A stretch of 64,000 bases of DNA from Zootoca vivipara (lineage: Eukaryota): positions 28,582,001 through 28,646,000 of the forward strand of contig NC_083288.1 in NCBI RefSeq assembly GCF_963506605.1. The letters are read 5' to 3'. Positions 1-12,800 of the stretch are shown one piece after another (within the stretch, counting starts at the first letter, position 1; each line of letters begins with the position of its first letter). The position numbers and the translations under genes were made by a program. The notes under the pieces are model-generated. The model did no database searches, was not told the DNA's origin, and saw nothing but the letters and a program-made list of their open reading frames with translations.

Positions 1-441
1 CACAGATGCACTGGCCCATTGTGCCATATGACCTGCATCAGTTTATTTGGAAGTCTCAGGCACCCAAAGGAAAATATAGGAAACAGGGTTGTGTTCTCTT
101 ATGTGGTAAGGAATACATTTGTTGCTACTAAACAGCAGTGTTTCAAATGTCAGGGGGTTACTAAATCTGTCTGAACTGATTTGTGTTTAAAGCTGCTTGT
201 GATAGGAAGAAATATGTTCCCCATTCACAAGTCCAGAGCATATGCATGAAGTTGCACATAGGTGTGATTGCATTTGTGTCACAAGAACATACATATTAAC
301 TGAATGGATCAGACCAGGCTGTATATGCAATTTAGCATTCTAATTCAAACAAATCACTTCCCTATGAAAGCATGGTATGATCATGGTAGCCATCTCAGTG
401 AAATAGTAGCAGCAGCTTTTTCATTTTTATTTAAATAAAAA

Positions 442-546
442 AGGCCCTCCAGATGTTGCTGAACTGCTTCTCCCATCAACCCTGACCATTATCCATGGTA
501 GCTGGAACTCATGTAAGTTGAAGTCCAACAAGTTCCCCATTCCTGG
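442..546. mobile_element. Degenerate short hAT-type MITE (same family as 59588-59725)
   Basis: GGCCCTCCAGATGTT...CTCCCATCA.CCCTGACCA core shared with 59588-59725; further decayed copies near 7655-7755, 20120-20255 and 29120-29255. Confidence 0.5.
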
Positions 547-573
547 AGTATACAGAAGAAAGCCTGATGATGC

Positions 574-1518
574 TTATGATCTATAGACAAAATATCTCAC
601 AGCTTTCCTTAATGTTTGTTTAATGTCTTTATTCCTCAGGCTGTAAACGAAAGGATTCACCAAGGGCGTTAAGACGGTGTAAAAGACAGAGCAGACCTTG
701 TTAAGGTCTCTAAGTGTTCTGGTTTTTGGTAATACGTATACAATGACTATAGTGCCATAAAAGAGTGTAACCACAATGAGGTGTGATGAGCAGGTGGAAA
801 ATGCTTTCTTCCTTCCTAAAGTGGATGGGATCCTCAGAATGGTTTTTATGATGCAGCTGTAGGAAATAAGTGTTAAAAGAAATGGCACCAATCCAAACAG
901 AGCTGAGAGAACAAAAATCAGCAGCTGTATTTTTAGGGTATCGTTACAAGACAGTTGAAGTAATGGTGCAAAATCACAGAAGAAGTGGTCAATTTCATTA
1001 GGTCCACAGAATGATAAGTGCATCATTGAAGAGGTTGTTAAACTATTAACGAGAAATCCAATGACCCAAGAACCACTTGAAAGTTGCAGGGAGAACCTGG
1101 CATTCATAATGGTGACATAATGCAATGGTTTGCAGATTGCCAGATACCGATCATAAGACATAGCAGCAAGCAGATAGCATTCTGCAGTAGCCAAGGCCCC
1201 AAAGAAATACAGTTGCATGAAACAAGAATTCACAGACATAGACTGGTTCCCAGTTATGAAACTGTTCAGCATTCTGGGCAAAATAGTTGAGATGTAGCAT
1301 GTCTCTAAAGAAGACAAATTTGCTAGGAAGAAGTACATGGGAGTGTGTAGGTGTTGATCAGCTGCAACTAAGATAACTATCAAAAGGTTTCCCAACATGG
1401 TCACGAGGTAAATCACTAGAAACACCAGGAAAAGGAGCTGAAATGAATGGATATTTCCAAATCCAAGGAGGATGAATTCTTTGACTGCTGTTTGATTGTT
1501 CCATTGTTTATTATCCAT
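574..1518 (-). CDS. Olfactory receptor, class II (OR11/OR10/OR6-like sauropsid expansion), 314 aa
   Basis: OR motifs LHTPMYFFL, MSYDRYLAICKPLHY, KAFSTCSSH, NPFVYSLRN. Likely start MDNKQWNNQT (ATG 1518, N-glycosylation site NQT) just downstream of a pyrimidine-rich TTCTGCAG acceptor at ~1547; the ORF-track extension to 1584 is probably intron. Confidence 0.95.
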   Translation of the reverse strand: MDNKQWNNQTAVKEFILLGFGNIHSFQLLFLVFLVIYLVTMLGNLLIVILVAADQHLHTPMYFFLANLSSLETCYISTILPRMLNSFITGNQSMSVNSCFMQLYFFGALATAECYLLAAMSYDRYLAICKPLHYVTIMNARFSLQLSSGSWVIGFLVNSLTTSSMMHLSFCGPNEIDHFFCDFAPLLQLSCNDTLKIQLLIFVLSALFGLVPFLLTLISYSCIIKTILRIPSTLGRKKAFSTCSSHLIVVTLFYGTIVIVYVLPKTRTLRDLNKVCSVFYTVLTPLVNPFVYSLRNKDIKQTLRKAVRYFVYRS

Positions 1519-2396
1519 GAAATGCTCCTCGGGGTATTTCAAGGAACTGCAGAATGCAATAGGTAGAAATAGAGGTTTCATCATTCAAATCTAACACATA
1601 ACATTTAATATACAAGTGTGACTACACTCTGTGTTTTTATGTGCATATGCACAAGTGTGTGAATGTGGAGATAATTCTTTTAATAAGCAAGTTCCTTGGT
1701 TCAGCAGATGAAAGGAACAGATTATTCCTTGTTTTCTGATGAAGTTTGGGGTTTATATTCTTTGGATACTATGAACCGACTAAATGTAGCCATATACATG
1801 TCTACTGAGAAGTCCTAAAGAGTCTAGATAAATATGTATAGAGCAGTATAATACTACCCAACTTCTAAAAGAGGAAACATACTTTTCTCTAACTACTTTA
1901 TAGGTAAGACACAAGAGACATCTTTTGTTTTTCAGAATCAGTGTAGATTTTAAATAAATATCATTTTGAAACTTACTTGCAAAAAATAAAATAAAAATGA
2001 AGTTGTTCAGATTACCTTTCCTGCTATAAGCAAATATTTACTCAGAGAAGACCAATTGAAATGAATGTACATATTCATGTTCATTAATTTCAGCAGGTTT
2101 ATTCTGAGCAAAACTTAGTTTAATAAAACTCATTGTTCATGACTTCCATTTGCTGTTTCTTTTTTGTCTCCATCACAAGCAATTTAAACAATCTAGTTGC
2201 CTATGGAAATTGATGGTACTGCACTCAGATAGCACTAACACACGTGCAATAAGAGTAAGTAAAGCTTATTGGATCTTATATGCCATTGATTTTAAGCATG
2301 TAACCACATTTCTCTTCCATTTATGTTTTTCTCATATTACATGAGTATGGTTTTTCAGGTCAAACCCATGTCAAATTCAAAGACAAATGAGCACTA

Positions 2397-2771
2397 AAAG
2401 ATAAAGGTAAAGGACCCCTGGCACTTAAGTCCAGTCACGAATGACTCTGGGGTTGCGTCGCTCATCTCGCTTCACTGGCCGAGGGAGCTGACGTTTGTCA
2501 GCAGACAGTTTTTCCAGGTCATGTGGCCAGCATGACTAAGCCGCTTCTGGTGAACCAGAGCAACGCACGGAAACACTGTTTACCTTCCCGCCAGAGCGGT
2601 ACCTATTTATCTATTTGCACTTTGACGTGCTTTTGAACTGCTAGGTTGGCAGGAGCTGGGACCGAGCAAGGGGAGCTCACCCTGTTGTGGGGATTCAAAT
2701 CACTGACCTTCCAATCAGCAAGCCCTAGGCTCAGTGGTTTAGAGTTTAGACCACAGCACCACCCACGTCCC
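2397..2771 (-). mobile_element. Sauria SINE, full length
   Basis: Minus strand starts GGGACGTGGGTGGTGCTGTGG, has a tRNA-like head and ends in an ACCTTT-type tail; direct repeat AAATGAGCACTA at 2385-2396 and 2772-2783. Confidence 0.92.
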
Positions 2772-3634
2772 AAATGAGCACTATCATATCACTATTTAAA
2801 CATCTTCTATTTCAATGTGCTAAGTATGTTGCATTTGCCCAATCATTTAAAACTGGCAAGCTCATTCAAGTTTAGCAACATATTTAAAAGGTAATGGTGA
2901 TTTCATGATTATAATGAGATGGCATGTTTTGTTTTTAGGCTAAATTATCATGGATATCTTATCTGAAGATGCTGTATCATATCCCCCTTTCATGCCACAT
3001 TAAGGCTTTTACTTTACACATCCTCACAACCTACAATACTGTCTAACCTCTTAGAGTGAAATCAGCTGTCTCCGTTTTTATTTGTTACCCTGTGTTGATA
3101 TTCAAGTAGAATCCAATTGTTGGGCACCATCAAGGAGCCAGCTCTGCTCCTTGTAAATCATGCATGGGTGGCTAATCAAATGTGAACAAAGAACTTCAAA
3201 TAAAATCACCTTATTTCCCCCCTTCTGAATTTAGTCACAATGATCCAGATCACATTTGTAACAACAGTACCTCAACAACCACTTCTTTCTTTCTAGAAAC
3301 GAAAAACGAATGATTTTACGGGATGAAAAATGGGCTGCACTCAACAGGCAACATTATATCCTTATGAAACTGTCATGCATGGCGGTTTGTGGAATTCTCT
3401 ACTGTGATGACAACCACAAATCTGTTTACATTCATCACAGTAGGGAATTAATTAAGGTAAGTGTATGAAGAGAGGGAATTATTAAAGTCTAGTTGCAGAT
3501 ATCCAGAGTTCCCAAAGCTAGCATCAGTATTTTTGTTTAAATAATATGTGCATAGTAAATAAATTTACATCAGGCATAAGAGAGTCTCCATTGATTATTT
3601 TAATAAGCAAGCAGGTTCTTATGGGATACATATG

Positions 3635-3862
3635 AGAACCAGTGTGCTGTAGTGGTTAAAGTATTGGACTAGGCCCTGGAATACAGGGTTCAAATCCCAG
3701 CTCAGCAATGAAGTGGGTGACCTTGAGCCAGTCATTTTCTCTTGACCTAATCTAGCTCAGGGTTGGTTTGAGAGTAAAATGGGAAGAGGGAGTTCTCCGT
3801 TTGCGACCTTGAACTTCTTGGAGGAAATGTGAAATTTAAATGTAATAATAAATAAAATAAAA
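3635..3862 (+). mobile_element. Old tRNA-derived CORE-type SINE (Squam3/MIR-like)
   Basis: A-box-like TGTAGTGGTTAA, B box GGTTCAAATCCC, CORE-like GGGTGACCTTGAGCCAGTCA, and A-rich tail AATAATAAATAAAATAAAA. Confidence 0.65.
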
Positions 3863-4782
3863 ATATGAGTGAAGGTGGTCTTTCAAATATGCCTATCCTA
3901 AATATATGTCATAGCCGGTTCTTTTGTCCTGGAAGCCATTAAGAAGCAAGTTGAATTCTGTCTTCTTCTTTTTCTCATATTTTATTAAAGCTTTTTCATA
4001 ATACAGAGAAAGGGAGAGAGAGAGAGAAAACACAGAGACCTCTCTCAAAGGCAGTGCTTAATCCTTGTCAGGCACAGAAGGTGGTGGACCCTGCCAGCTC
4101 TCATCTGGGAACTCTTCTTCTTCTACCAGTCTCTCAATCTGTGATATCTTCCCTTCCCCACCTCTCACTCAGGGTCCTTCCACCAACCATCCACTGCTTT
4201 CATGTGTGTGCCATCATTGGGCACCATGTTTTGGGGTATTGCCATCAGGATTTGGCATTACTAATATGGCCACCTTCCCAAAGAATTCAGTATGAATTTG
4301 AAATCAGTCTGAAAACACTAATGACGTAAAAAAAAATACTGTGGTGCAGATGCTTTAGCCATCTGGGGCATGGCTGCAACTTCTAGGGTTCTTGTAGTGG
4401 AGTACATTTTGAAACAAATCTCACTAGGATTAACCATTTCAGTTAATTCTATATGTGCTAAACTAAAACCAATTTGCTACACAAAATGGTACCCAAAGTG
4501 TAAGATAGCTTCTATTATTCTGTACTAACTTACTACATGCTGCCTCTTTTTGCATGTAATTAAAAGTGCCGTTCTTTCAGGGCTAGCCCTATGTTAGGCA
4601 GACTGAGGCAGCTGCATCATGTGGCAGATACTGAGAGACAGGAAGTGGTGGTCAAGGACAGAGTTGTGTGTGCTACTGAGCCCAAACTATCCTGCTGCCT
4701 CGAGGTGTCTTAGAAGCTGCTAGCTTATCACCATTATTAAATATTCAACTGTCTATGCAGTTGACTTCATTACATGGAATGG

Positions 4783-4826
4783 TGTGTGTGCGTGCGTGTG
4801 TGCGTGCGTGCGTGCGCACACACACA
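4783..4826. repeat. (GT)n/(GCGT)n/(CA)n microsatellite
   Basis: Seen directly in the sequence. Confidence 0.85.
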
Positions 4827-5901
4827 GACATCTTGTTCTCTGCTGCAGGTAACTGAAAGAGTTATTAGGTAGAACTGAAAAGACCACATTTCTGACAGCA
4901 TCTTGGCATCTGTTTCCACTAGAGGAGAGAACGCTAGAGACTTTTAGTTTATCTGTTATGACCTCTTTATTTACACTCTTTATTTACACTTGTTGAGAAG
5001 GTTCTAGAATACAGAAGCAAATATTTAGGCACACAAGTTGTAGCATGGCTGGGGAAACCCAGCCAGATGTGCGAGGTATAAATAATATATTGTTATTGTT
5101 ATTGTTAGAATATTGACCTTTCTGGCTGCCATACCAGAAACTACCTGTATCATCTCTCTGTTTCACCACTGTTTGTGTCAGTTGTTTCTCACTTCATAAC
5201 TATTTGTATTAAATTTGTTTTTGTCATGCATCCTCTCTATGGCCTTATCTTCATGATAGCTTTCACCAGAAATATTAGTCCGGCTTTTCTTTTTGGCAAA
5301 AAATTGTGGGTGAATGGGATACATTTCTGAAAAGCACACCTTTGTCATTAGATTAAGTGGTTTTGCATATTCTTTTCCTTTGATCAAAATTAAGAAGAAG
5401 CATTTGGGTGGTTTGGGGCTGCACTCTACCGCACTTCCGGACTGAAATGACTATTGGAGTGATGGTACATAAATATGTGGTTCCCCCCCCCCTTGGGCAT
5501 TCTAAGAAATGTAGGTGGAAGGCTATAAAGAGCTTCACCAACCATGAGGCCTTTTAAACTATAAAGAGGCCTCCCACCCACATTTCCTGGAAAAGAATAC
5601 TCATGGGAATTCTGGAACTGGAAACATGGTGGGGAGGGCGTAAAAGCCTCATACTCAGAGTCACTACATGTGCAAAAAACAAACAAACAACCCAACAACA
5701 ACCTAAAGTTTCTCCCACCCTTGGGCACTTTGTCTAACCCCCCACATTATTTTCTCAAAAAATGTCTCCCCTTACTCAAAATTCTCCTACACATTTGCAA
5801 AGAGAAAATTGCCCCATGGAAGGGGATGATTTTTTGGACCTGTTTTCAAAGAGTCCTTCCTTCCTTGCTAGGAATTTAAGAGCAAAATAGTCTTTTTTCC
5901 C

Positions 5902-6821
5902 TTATAATTCATTTGCTCTAGCATTTGATTTCTTTAGTAACTTCCTTTTGGTGTTCTGGTCAGGCCTCATGACAATAATGTAGACTTTGGGGAAGAAGAT
6001 GCACCCCAGCAAGCCTGCACTGGAGGTTAAAATGGAGAAGACCTCTACAGCCACCATAAACTTCCCTTTCGTGCTGAAATATGTGGGAATAAATGAGATC
6101 CAAATGCTGCAAAAAATCAGCATGCTGAAGGTGATGAACTTGGCTTCATTGAAAATGTCCGGCAGTTTCCTGGCTAGAAAAGCTACAGAGAAGCTTACAA
6201 TAGCAAGAAAGGCCATGTAACCAAGGACTGTGTAGAACAGAGGCACAGCTCCTTCATTACACTGGATTACTATGTGATTAGCCTCAGATTCAAAGTCAAA
6301 ATCAGGGAATGGAGGAGATGATTTAAGCCAAGCAATGCAGATGATAACTTGAATAAGGGTACAGAAAAGAGTGATGGAGTTTGTCAATTTTGTTCCATTC
6401 CATTTCCTAATCTTATTTCCAGGCTTAGTGGCCATGAAAGCCAGAACCACAGTGACAGTCTTTGTCAGGACACAAGAAATAGAGGCAGAAAATACAATCC
6501 CAAAAGTAGTTTGTCGGAGAAGGCAAGTCACTTTCCCAGGCTGACCGATAAATAGCAAGGAACAAAGAAAGCAGAGCATCAGGGTAACGAGAAGGGTGTA
6601 GGTAAGATTCCGATTGTTGGCTTTTACAATGGGAGTATCCTGGTTCTTAATAAAAACCCCTAGCACCAAAATCGTGATAAGAAAAAGGGAACCAGCTATC
6701 CCAGCCAAACCAATCCCCAAAGTCTCATGAAATGACAAAAATGTGACTGACTTTGGAATGCAGTTTGTTTTATCTGGATTTGGGTACTGATCTTCTGGGC
6801 ATTTCTCACAATGATCTGCAT
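5902..6821 (-). CDS. V2R exon 6 (end of cysteine-rich domain plus 7TM)
   Basis: TTCATTCAG|..[14 protein letters not shown]...CIPK, continuous in frame with ORF 5902-6738. Confidence 0.94.
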
Positions 6822-9800
6822 CTGAATGAAAGGAAGAAACATTAGAATTGGGGGGGGGGGGGTAATGCTTTGCAGCCAGGAAGTCCAGTTGATGTGATGC
6901 AAAGACATTTTAGTATCAGCAGCTGACATGGCATGCAGTGTGAGCTCCTGATAGTTTGATAATATTCTCTAAAGCTGCATGTAGGACATTGACTCTAAAC
7001 CTCCTGTAGTTACAAACTGTTTACCCAGTTTTGGGATTCACACCATAAACTGAGCTCAATCTCCCTTAGGGTGGAAAGCAAACTCATCTGTTCAGTTGAG
7101 GGGGATCTGCATATCTTAGTAGCAGCCTGGCATTGGTGCCAGCATCCTCTTTTAAAAAAATGTCATCATGTGTGAGTTTGGAAGCATGGGGCTTCTTCTT
7201 ATCTCTCCTGCACCCACAAGTCCCCTCTGGGGTTCAGTGGCCAGAGCTCTTGTCCCAGCCACCACCATGTTTCTGCAGTAGAAGTATGCTGGGTCATGAA
7301 TTGGTCTTCAGTTGGCCCTCCCTGCATTAGAGAATGAACCACAAGCCAACTAAACCCTGTAGGACTTAAATTTAAGACAAACCATTATATTGATTCCACT
7401 GAGATTAATATAGCAAAATATATGCACTTGTTTGTTTAATCAGGCTGTAGAAAAATCATAGGTGTCCTCTCAACTAGACATTGAAGGTAGTATTAAAAAT
7501 TTTCCCATGCAGTTTGAACCACACTTGTTTCACTGTCACATCAAGTAAACAGTTTTGCTGGGTTTTTCAATTGCGTCAAAAACAGAAACAGTAAGGAACA
7601 ATGTCTCTAACTCACTTTCAACTATCTTAATGCCTATACTCACTAACTAAATTACCCTTCCCCAATCTCATGCCCTTCCGATATTTTGGATCATGCTGGT
7701 TGAGTGATGGGCGCTATAGTGAACATCTGGAGGACAAGAGGTTGGGGAAGGCTGGGCTAGATAAAATTCTGAGACCACTTCATTTTAATCAAATGGGTTG
7801 TGGTGATGCCTTCTGATAAAATGAATGAATTGTAAAAACAAAACAAAAACCCTTTTTACATGTACAGTCGTACCTCGGGTTACGAACACCTCAGGTTACA
7901 AACATCTCGGGTTATGAACTCTGCAAACCCGGAAATATTTTCGCCGCGCGCACGGTCGGCGCAGAAGGAGCACATGGTCTGCGCATGCGTAAAAGCAGCG
8001 CACGCAGTTTGCACATGCGCAAAATGACGCTTCGGTTATGACCATTTCGGGTTACGAACTGTGTCCCAGAATGGATTGTGTTCATAACCCACTGTATTAC
8101 CACTGTAATAGAGTATTTGCATACAGAGCAAAATAAAAAAATTCCTTCAGTAGCACCTTAAAGACCAACTAAGTTTATATTTTGGTATGAGCTTTCGTGT
8201 GCATGCACACTTCTTCAGATGTGTGCATGCACACGAAAGCTCATACCAAAATATAAACTTAGTTGGTCTTTAAGGTGCTACTGAAGGAATTTTTTTATTT
8301 TGCTTCGACTCAGACCAACACGGCTACCTACCTGTATACAGAGCATTTGCAAAGAACAAAGTCCCTCCTGATTTTTCAGATCTATAAGTGTGGGTCTGAA
8401 TTTCATAGGACATTGACTATATTCCAGGTTTTTGCAAGACATGATCTCTCCATAGCTCTTACTTGTGTAGTTAGAAAATGTTCCTTCTGGGCATACAGAA
8501 CAAGCAAAGCAACAGACAGGTTTCCCTTCAATGGCTAACTTATGCTGACCTTCAAGGCAGCTCTTGGTGCAGATGGATTGTGGCACCTAAAACAGCATGA
8601 AAACGAAGTTCAGCCAATCACGAACAAACAACCACACCCTAGGCCAACCCCAGCCTCTCTCACCACCAAAGGAACACAAGTGAATAGGAAATAGAACCCT
8701 CCCAAGCAGCGCTGACACAAATCCCCACACATACATTAAGAAGAATAGAAACACTGCCACCCCACCCCCACTCATCATGCCCCCCCTCCGCCTCTTTCCC
8801 CCTTTTCTCCCTAAGGTAACACTAATGCCTCAACAAATGAAACTGATCTGTAGAAAATGTAACTTGAAAAAGAGACATTGCACATACTTCTGTAAACCAA
8901 GAAATCTTTAATAAAAATATGTTTTCTTTTTGTTTTGTTTTTTTTAAAAAATAGAATAGAGATTCAAAAAAATGATGGGAGAAAGCAATGGTTCATGTCA
9001 GTATGTGAAAGATATTACTGAAAGACCATATGCTCTTTGTGAATATAAACAAATTTTATATATCTGGAAAAACAAATGGCTCAAAGGAAGGCTTTTTAAA
9101 AATTATTTTGTACTTTCATGGGAATCTGTATTTGTGGACATTTCCATGGGTCAAATGCACTGTGTATTTATTGAAGCTGCACACAGGATTCCCATTCTGA
9201 TTTTGGGGCTGATCCAGGGCTTCCTATCAGCCCTGATTTATCCTGGAACCAAGCCCTCAAGTGAAACAGGGGGGGGGGAGCCCTAATGCTTAAATAGGCT
9301 TGAAAACCTTATTAAACATGTGGTTGAGAGGGAGAAAAGAAGGAGATTCAGTCTCTCTTTCTCCCATCTTCCTGAACTCATGTTCAGTCAGAGTTTAAAA
9401 CCACTGCATTCCTGCACTGCAGGTGGTTGGACTAGATGACCCAAGGGATCCCTTCCAACTCTATGATTCTATCTCAAGCCCTGCTGATTCACATCAGTCA
9501 AGATGNNNNNNNNNNNNNNNNNNNNNNNNNNNNNNNNNNNNNNNNNNNNNNNNNNNNNNNNNNNNNNNNNNNNNNNNNNNNNNNNNNNNNNNNNNNNNNN
9601 NNNNNNNNNNNNNNNNNNNNNNNNNNNNNNNNNNNNNNNNNNNNNNNNNNNNNNTATTTTGAGTGAATTTATTTTAAAGAAATGCAAAAGTATGATGGAC
9701 CAGAAATAGACAGATTTTTTGATTCTCATCTACAAGTAAAGAAGTAAAGATTTATGAAATTACTACTTAGTGTGGTAGGGAGAGAAATGGCAAGTGAATG

Positions 9801-12800
9801 GTAGTATATTATATTAATTATCAGTGATTAAAATTTAAAAAACAACAACAACCCAAAACCCCCATAACATTTCTTACTTTCTTGAAATTCTTTTGCCAAA
9901 CAATTCTTGTTGAATTTATAAAGAAAAATGGTTCAATTGATGGATGGCGCATGTAGACTCCACCAACTTTCCTGTTAATTAAGGTCATGTTTGGTAGGGT
10001 AAACCAATTGAGAATGTCATATCCAGATGTTGATTCCTCCCTCTCATCAAAAAAGACATCATCTGTTGAAGTAATATGGTATCTGACTTCCTTCAGAAAA
10101 GGATGCAGCTGCATAGCATGATAAATTAAAACAAGGAAATGCACAATGGTCAATATTTTTTGCCCAAATGCAAGCAACGTTTTTTTAAATATATTGCAAT
10201 AGCATTTTTTTGCATTCATATCCCAAATAATAAAAAAAACATTAGACCTGTGCAGACATCCTGTGTATACATGCTTAGAGAAATAAAGTTATGAACTATG
10301 CTGAAGAAGCCTTACTCTGGGCACTTTCATTTTTAGACATGGAATCTTCTTGTGAGCTCAGAGCAGGGCTTTCACAGTGATGGATCTACAGCTGTTGAAC
10401 CAAGTTACTGGCAAGCCAAAATAATTGTTTGGTTAATTTCAAATGTGCAATACAAATATTGGATTGCACCCAAACCTGACTCAATATGAAAGCAATGTGA
10501 GATTTTAATCATGACTAATGTTAAATCCTATTGATTTCGGTGGGAAGTAAGTGTACAACTAATTTAGCCTGGATGCAAGCTATTGTTATTTTTAAAGTCA
10601 TTTTTGAGGACAATTTGGTTCTTTTGGTGTGTGTTTTTGCAACTGGAAGTAATGGTAATAGTAAGAATTTTCAAGTGAATGGATAGGCTTTAACTGACTT
10701 CTAAATGCCACCGTGAGAGGCTATCCATATTTCCTCAAGGATGGAATTCCAGAGACCAAAGGCCACCACTGGAAAGGCCCTGCCTTTTGTAATCACTCAA
10801 TGAGCCACCCCCAGTTGTGGGACAATGAGCACGATCTCTCCAGTTAATTGAAACACATGGACTGAGTAGCATGGCAGGCCATGATTTAGGATGTTTTATG
10901 TCTCATTAGCCCCCATCTAGGGCTAATCGTCAAAACCTTTCTCATGAACCCCTTTACCAGAGTAAAGATAAAGGCAAAGGTTACGTCCTGACCATTAGGT
11001 CCAGTCATGAATGACTCTGGGGTTGCGGTGCTCATCTCGCTCTATAAGCCGAGGGAGCCATGTTTGTCTGCAGACAGCTTCTGGGTCATGTGGCCAGCAT
11101 GACTAAGCCGCTTCTGGCAAACCAGAGCAGCGCACAGAAACGCTGTTTACCTTCCCACCGGAGTGATACCTAATTATCTACTTGCACTTTGACATGCTTT
11201 CAAACTGCTAGGTTGGCAGGAGCTTGGGACTGAGCAACGGGAGCTCACCCCATTGCGGGGATTCGAACCGCCGACCTTCTGATGGGCAAGCCCTAGGCTT
11301 TGTGGTTTAGACCACAATGCCACCTTAACATTTTGTTGCAGTTTTGACTAAGGATCCAACCCAATGCCTTTTCTGCCAAAAGTTGTGACTGTTGCTATGA
11401 GGTAGGCAAAAACTCCAGACAGGCTTGATTTGTCTGCAGGCAAATTCCTCCTTAGCCCTTAATATAGCAACTGATTAATTCCACAGCAAGGCTGTGCTGG
11501 AGCACTCTCTACTAGCCTTTGGGCAGAGCCAAAAGATACAGAGTGAGTGTGTTGACTGTGCTGTCCACTCAAAGCACAACAAGAATTTGTGCAATGGAGA
11601 TGGATCTGAATGGAGACTAGCTCCCTCAGGTTCATCTCCCAAACCATGCTCACTATTGGCCGATCTGAAGTTTGGAGGGATGTCCCAGAATTCCCTGTTA
11701 CTGCTGGTGGTGGTCATGCAGGTGAGAACCCCTGGCTTTCCCATTGCCACACAGAGCCACAATTGTCGCCACTGGAAAAACAGTTTGAAGAACAATAGCA
11801 ATCTGTCTAACAAGAACACACTAAGGCAAGTAATAGAAAGTTGTAGCAATAAATGCAACTGAAATGTTTCATTGGTGGGAACAGATGGGTTTCTGGAAAG
11901 CTGAAAATTTGGTTGTCCCTTCTTTAAGCTGGAGACCATCATTGCTGTCATTCATCTTTCAATTTCTCAGGAAATGGAAACCTTAAATAATAATATTCCT
12001 TTGTTAACATAGATCCATCCTGAGACATACTTTTCTTTAGTGGAAACAGAAGTTAGCATCAATTGCTCATAACTTTAAATAAGTAGAAAGTAAATATTCT
12101 TACTACCTTCCATGGTTCAACTTTATGCATCTTTGGTCTTGATCTGTTCTCCAGTTTTGTTGAGATGTATCTGGATGAATGTATTTCATGTAAAGATTTT
12201 GCGATAGCATAAACAGCTTTGTATATATTGTAGCTCAAGTCCAATGTTTGCAAATCAAATTTGTACTTAGGCAAATCCTTAATCCTTTCATTTCCAGTAC
12301 TTAGTTGCCAAAACATGCTGCCTGAATCTAGTGATGGAATGAAACAGCTGAATGCAGCCCCCCAAAAATGTGGCAGAAAGACATCATCTGGGTATTTGCT
12401 GAGGGTTATGTTCTGAAGAAAATGGCAAAATCCCACAATTTCGTGTTTATGGAGAGCAAACGACAAGGTGCCACTGAAGGACGAGAATCCCACATGCAAA
12501 GAAGAGACACTAGATAGGAAGTCCCATTGGGATGTGATGATTAAAACCTTCCCTGAAACTGTGGAACTTTCAATAGTTATCTTTACCCAGATGAGAAAAT
12601 CTGTATCTCCATACACCACAATGATACTGGAGGAGGACTTAATTATTTTATTTTTTATATGCATAGTCTTATCAAGCATTTTGGGAAGCATTTCTGTAAA
12701 TTCAATGCATACACCCTTTTGGACAAATGCCTTCTTCAATTTCAGGACAAAAGTTTCACCTTGCTCATTATAAGATGCTATGAGGCCAACCCAGGCCCAA

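Noticed and set aside
1519-1584. N-terminal extensions in the ORF track for ORs (also 34745-34807 and 38559-38594)
   Set aside because: They run across pyrimidine-rich splice acceptors and are probably intronic.
3640-3710. tRNA-like A and B boxes (also in Sauria SINE heads)
   Set aside because: SINE heads, with no complete cloverleaf.
9423-9729. ORFs spanning N runs (also 19795-20061 and 38890-39144)
   Set aside because: Artefacts of assembly gaps.
10680-10930. Possible old L2 fragment (and a CR1-like trace at ~37320-37430)
   Set aside because: Too degenerate to support without a repeat-library alignment.
11459-11951. Overlapping 120-158 aa ORFs in V2R intron 3
   Set aside because: No recognisable motifs and not needed for the V2R reading frame; likely chance.
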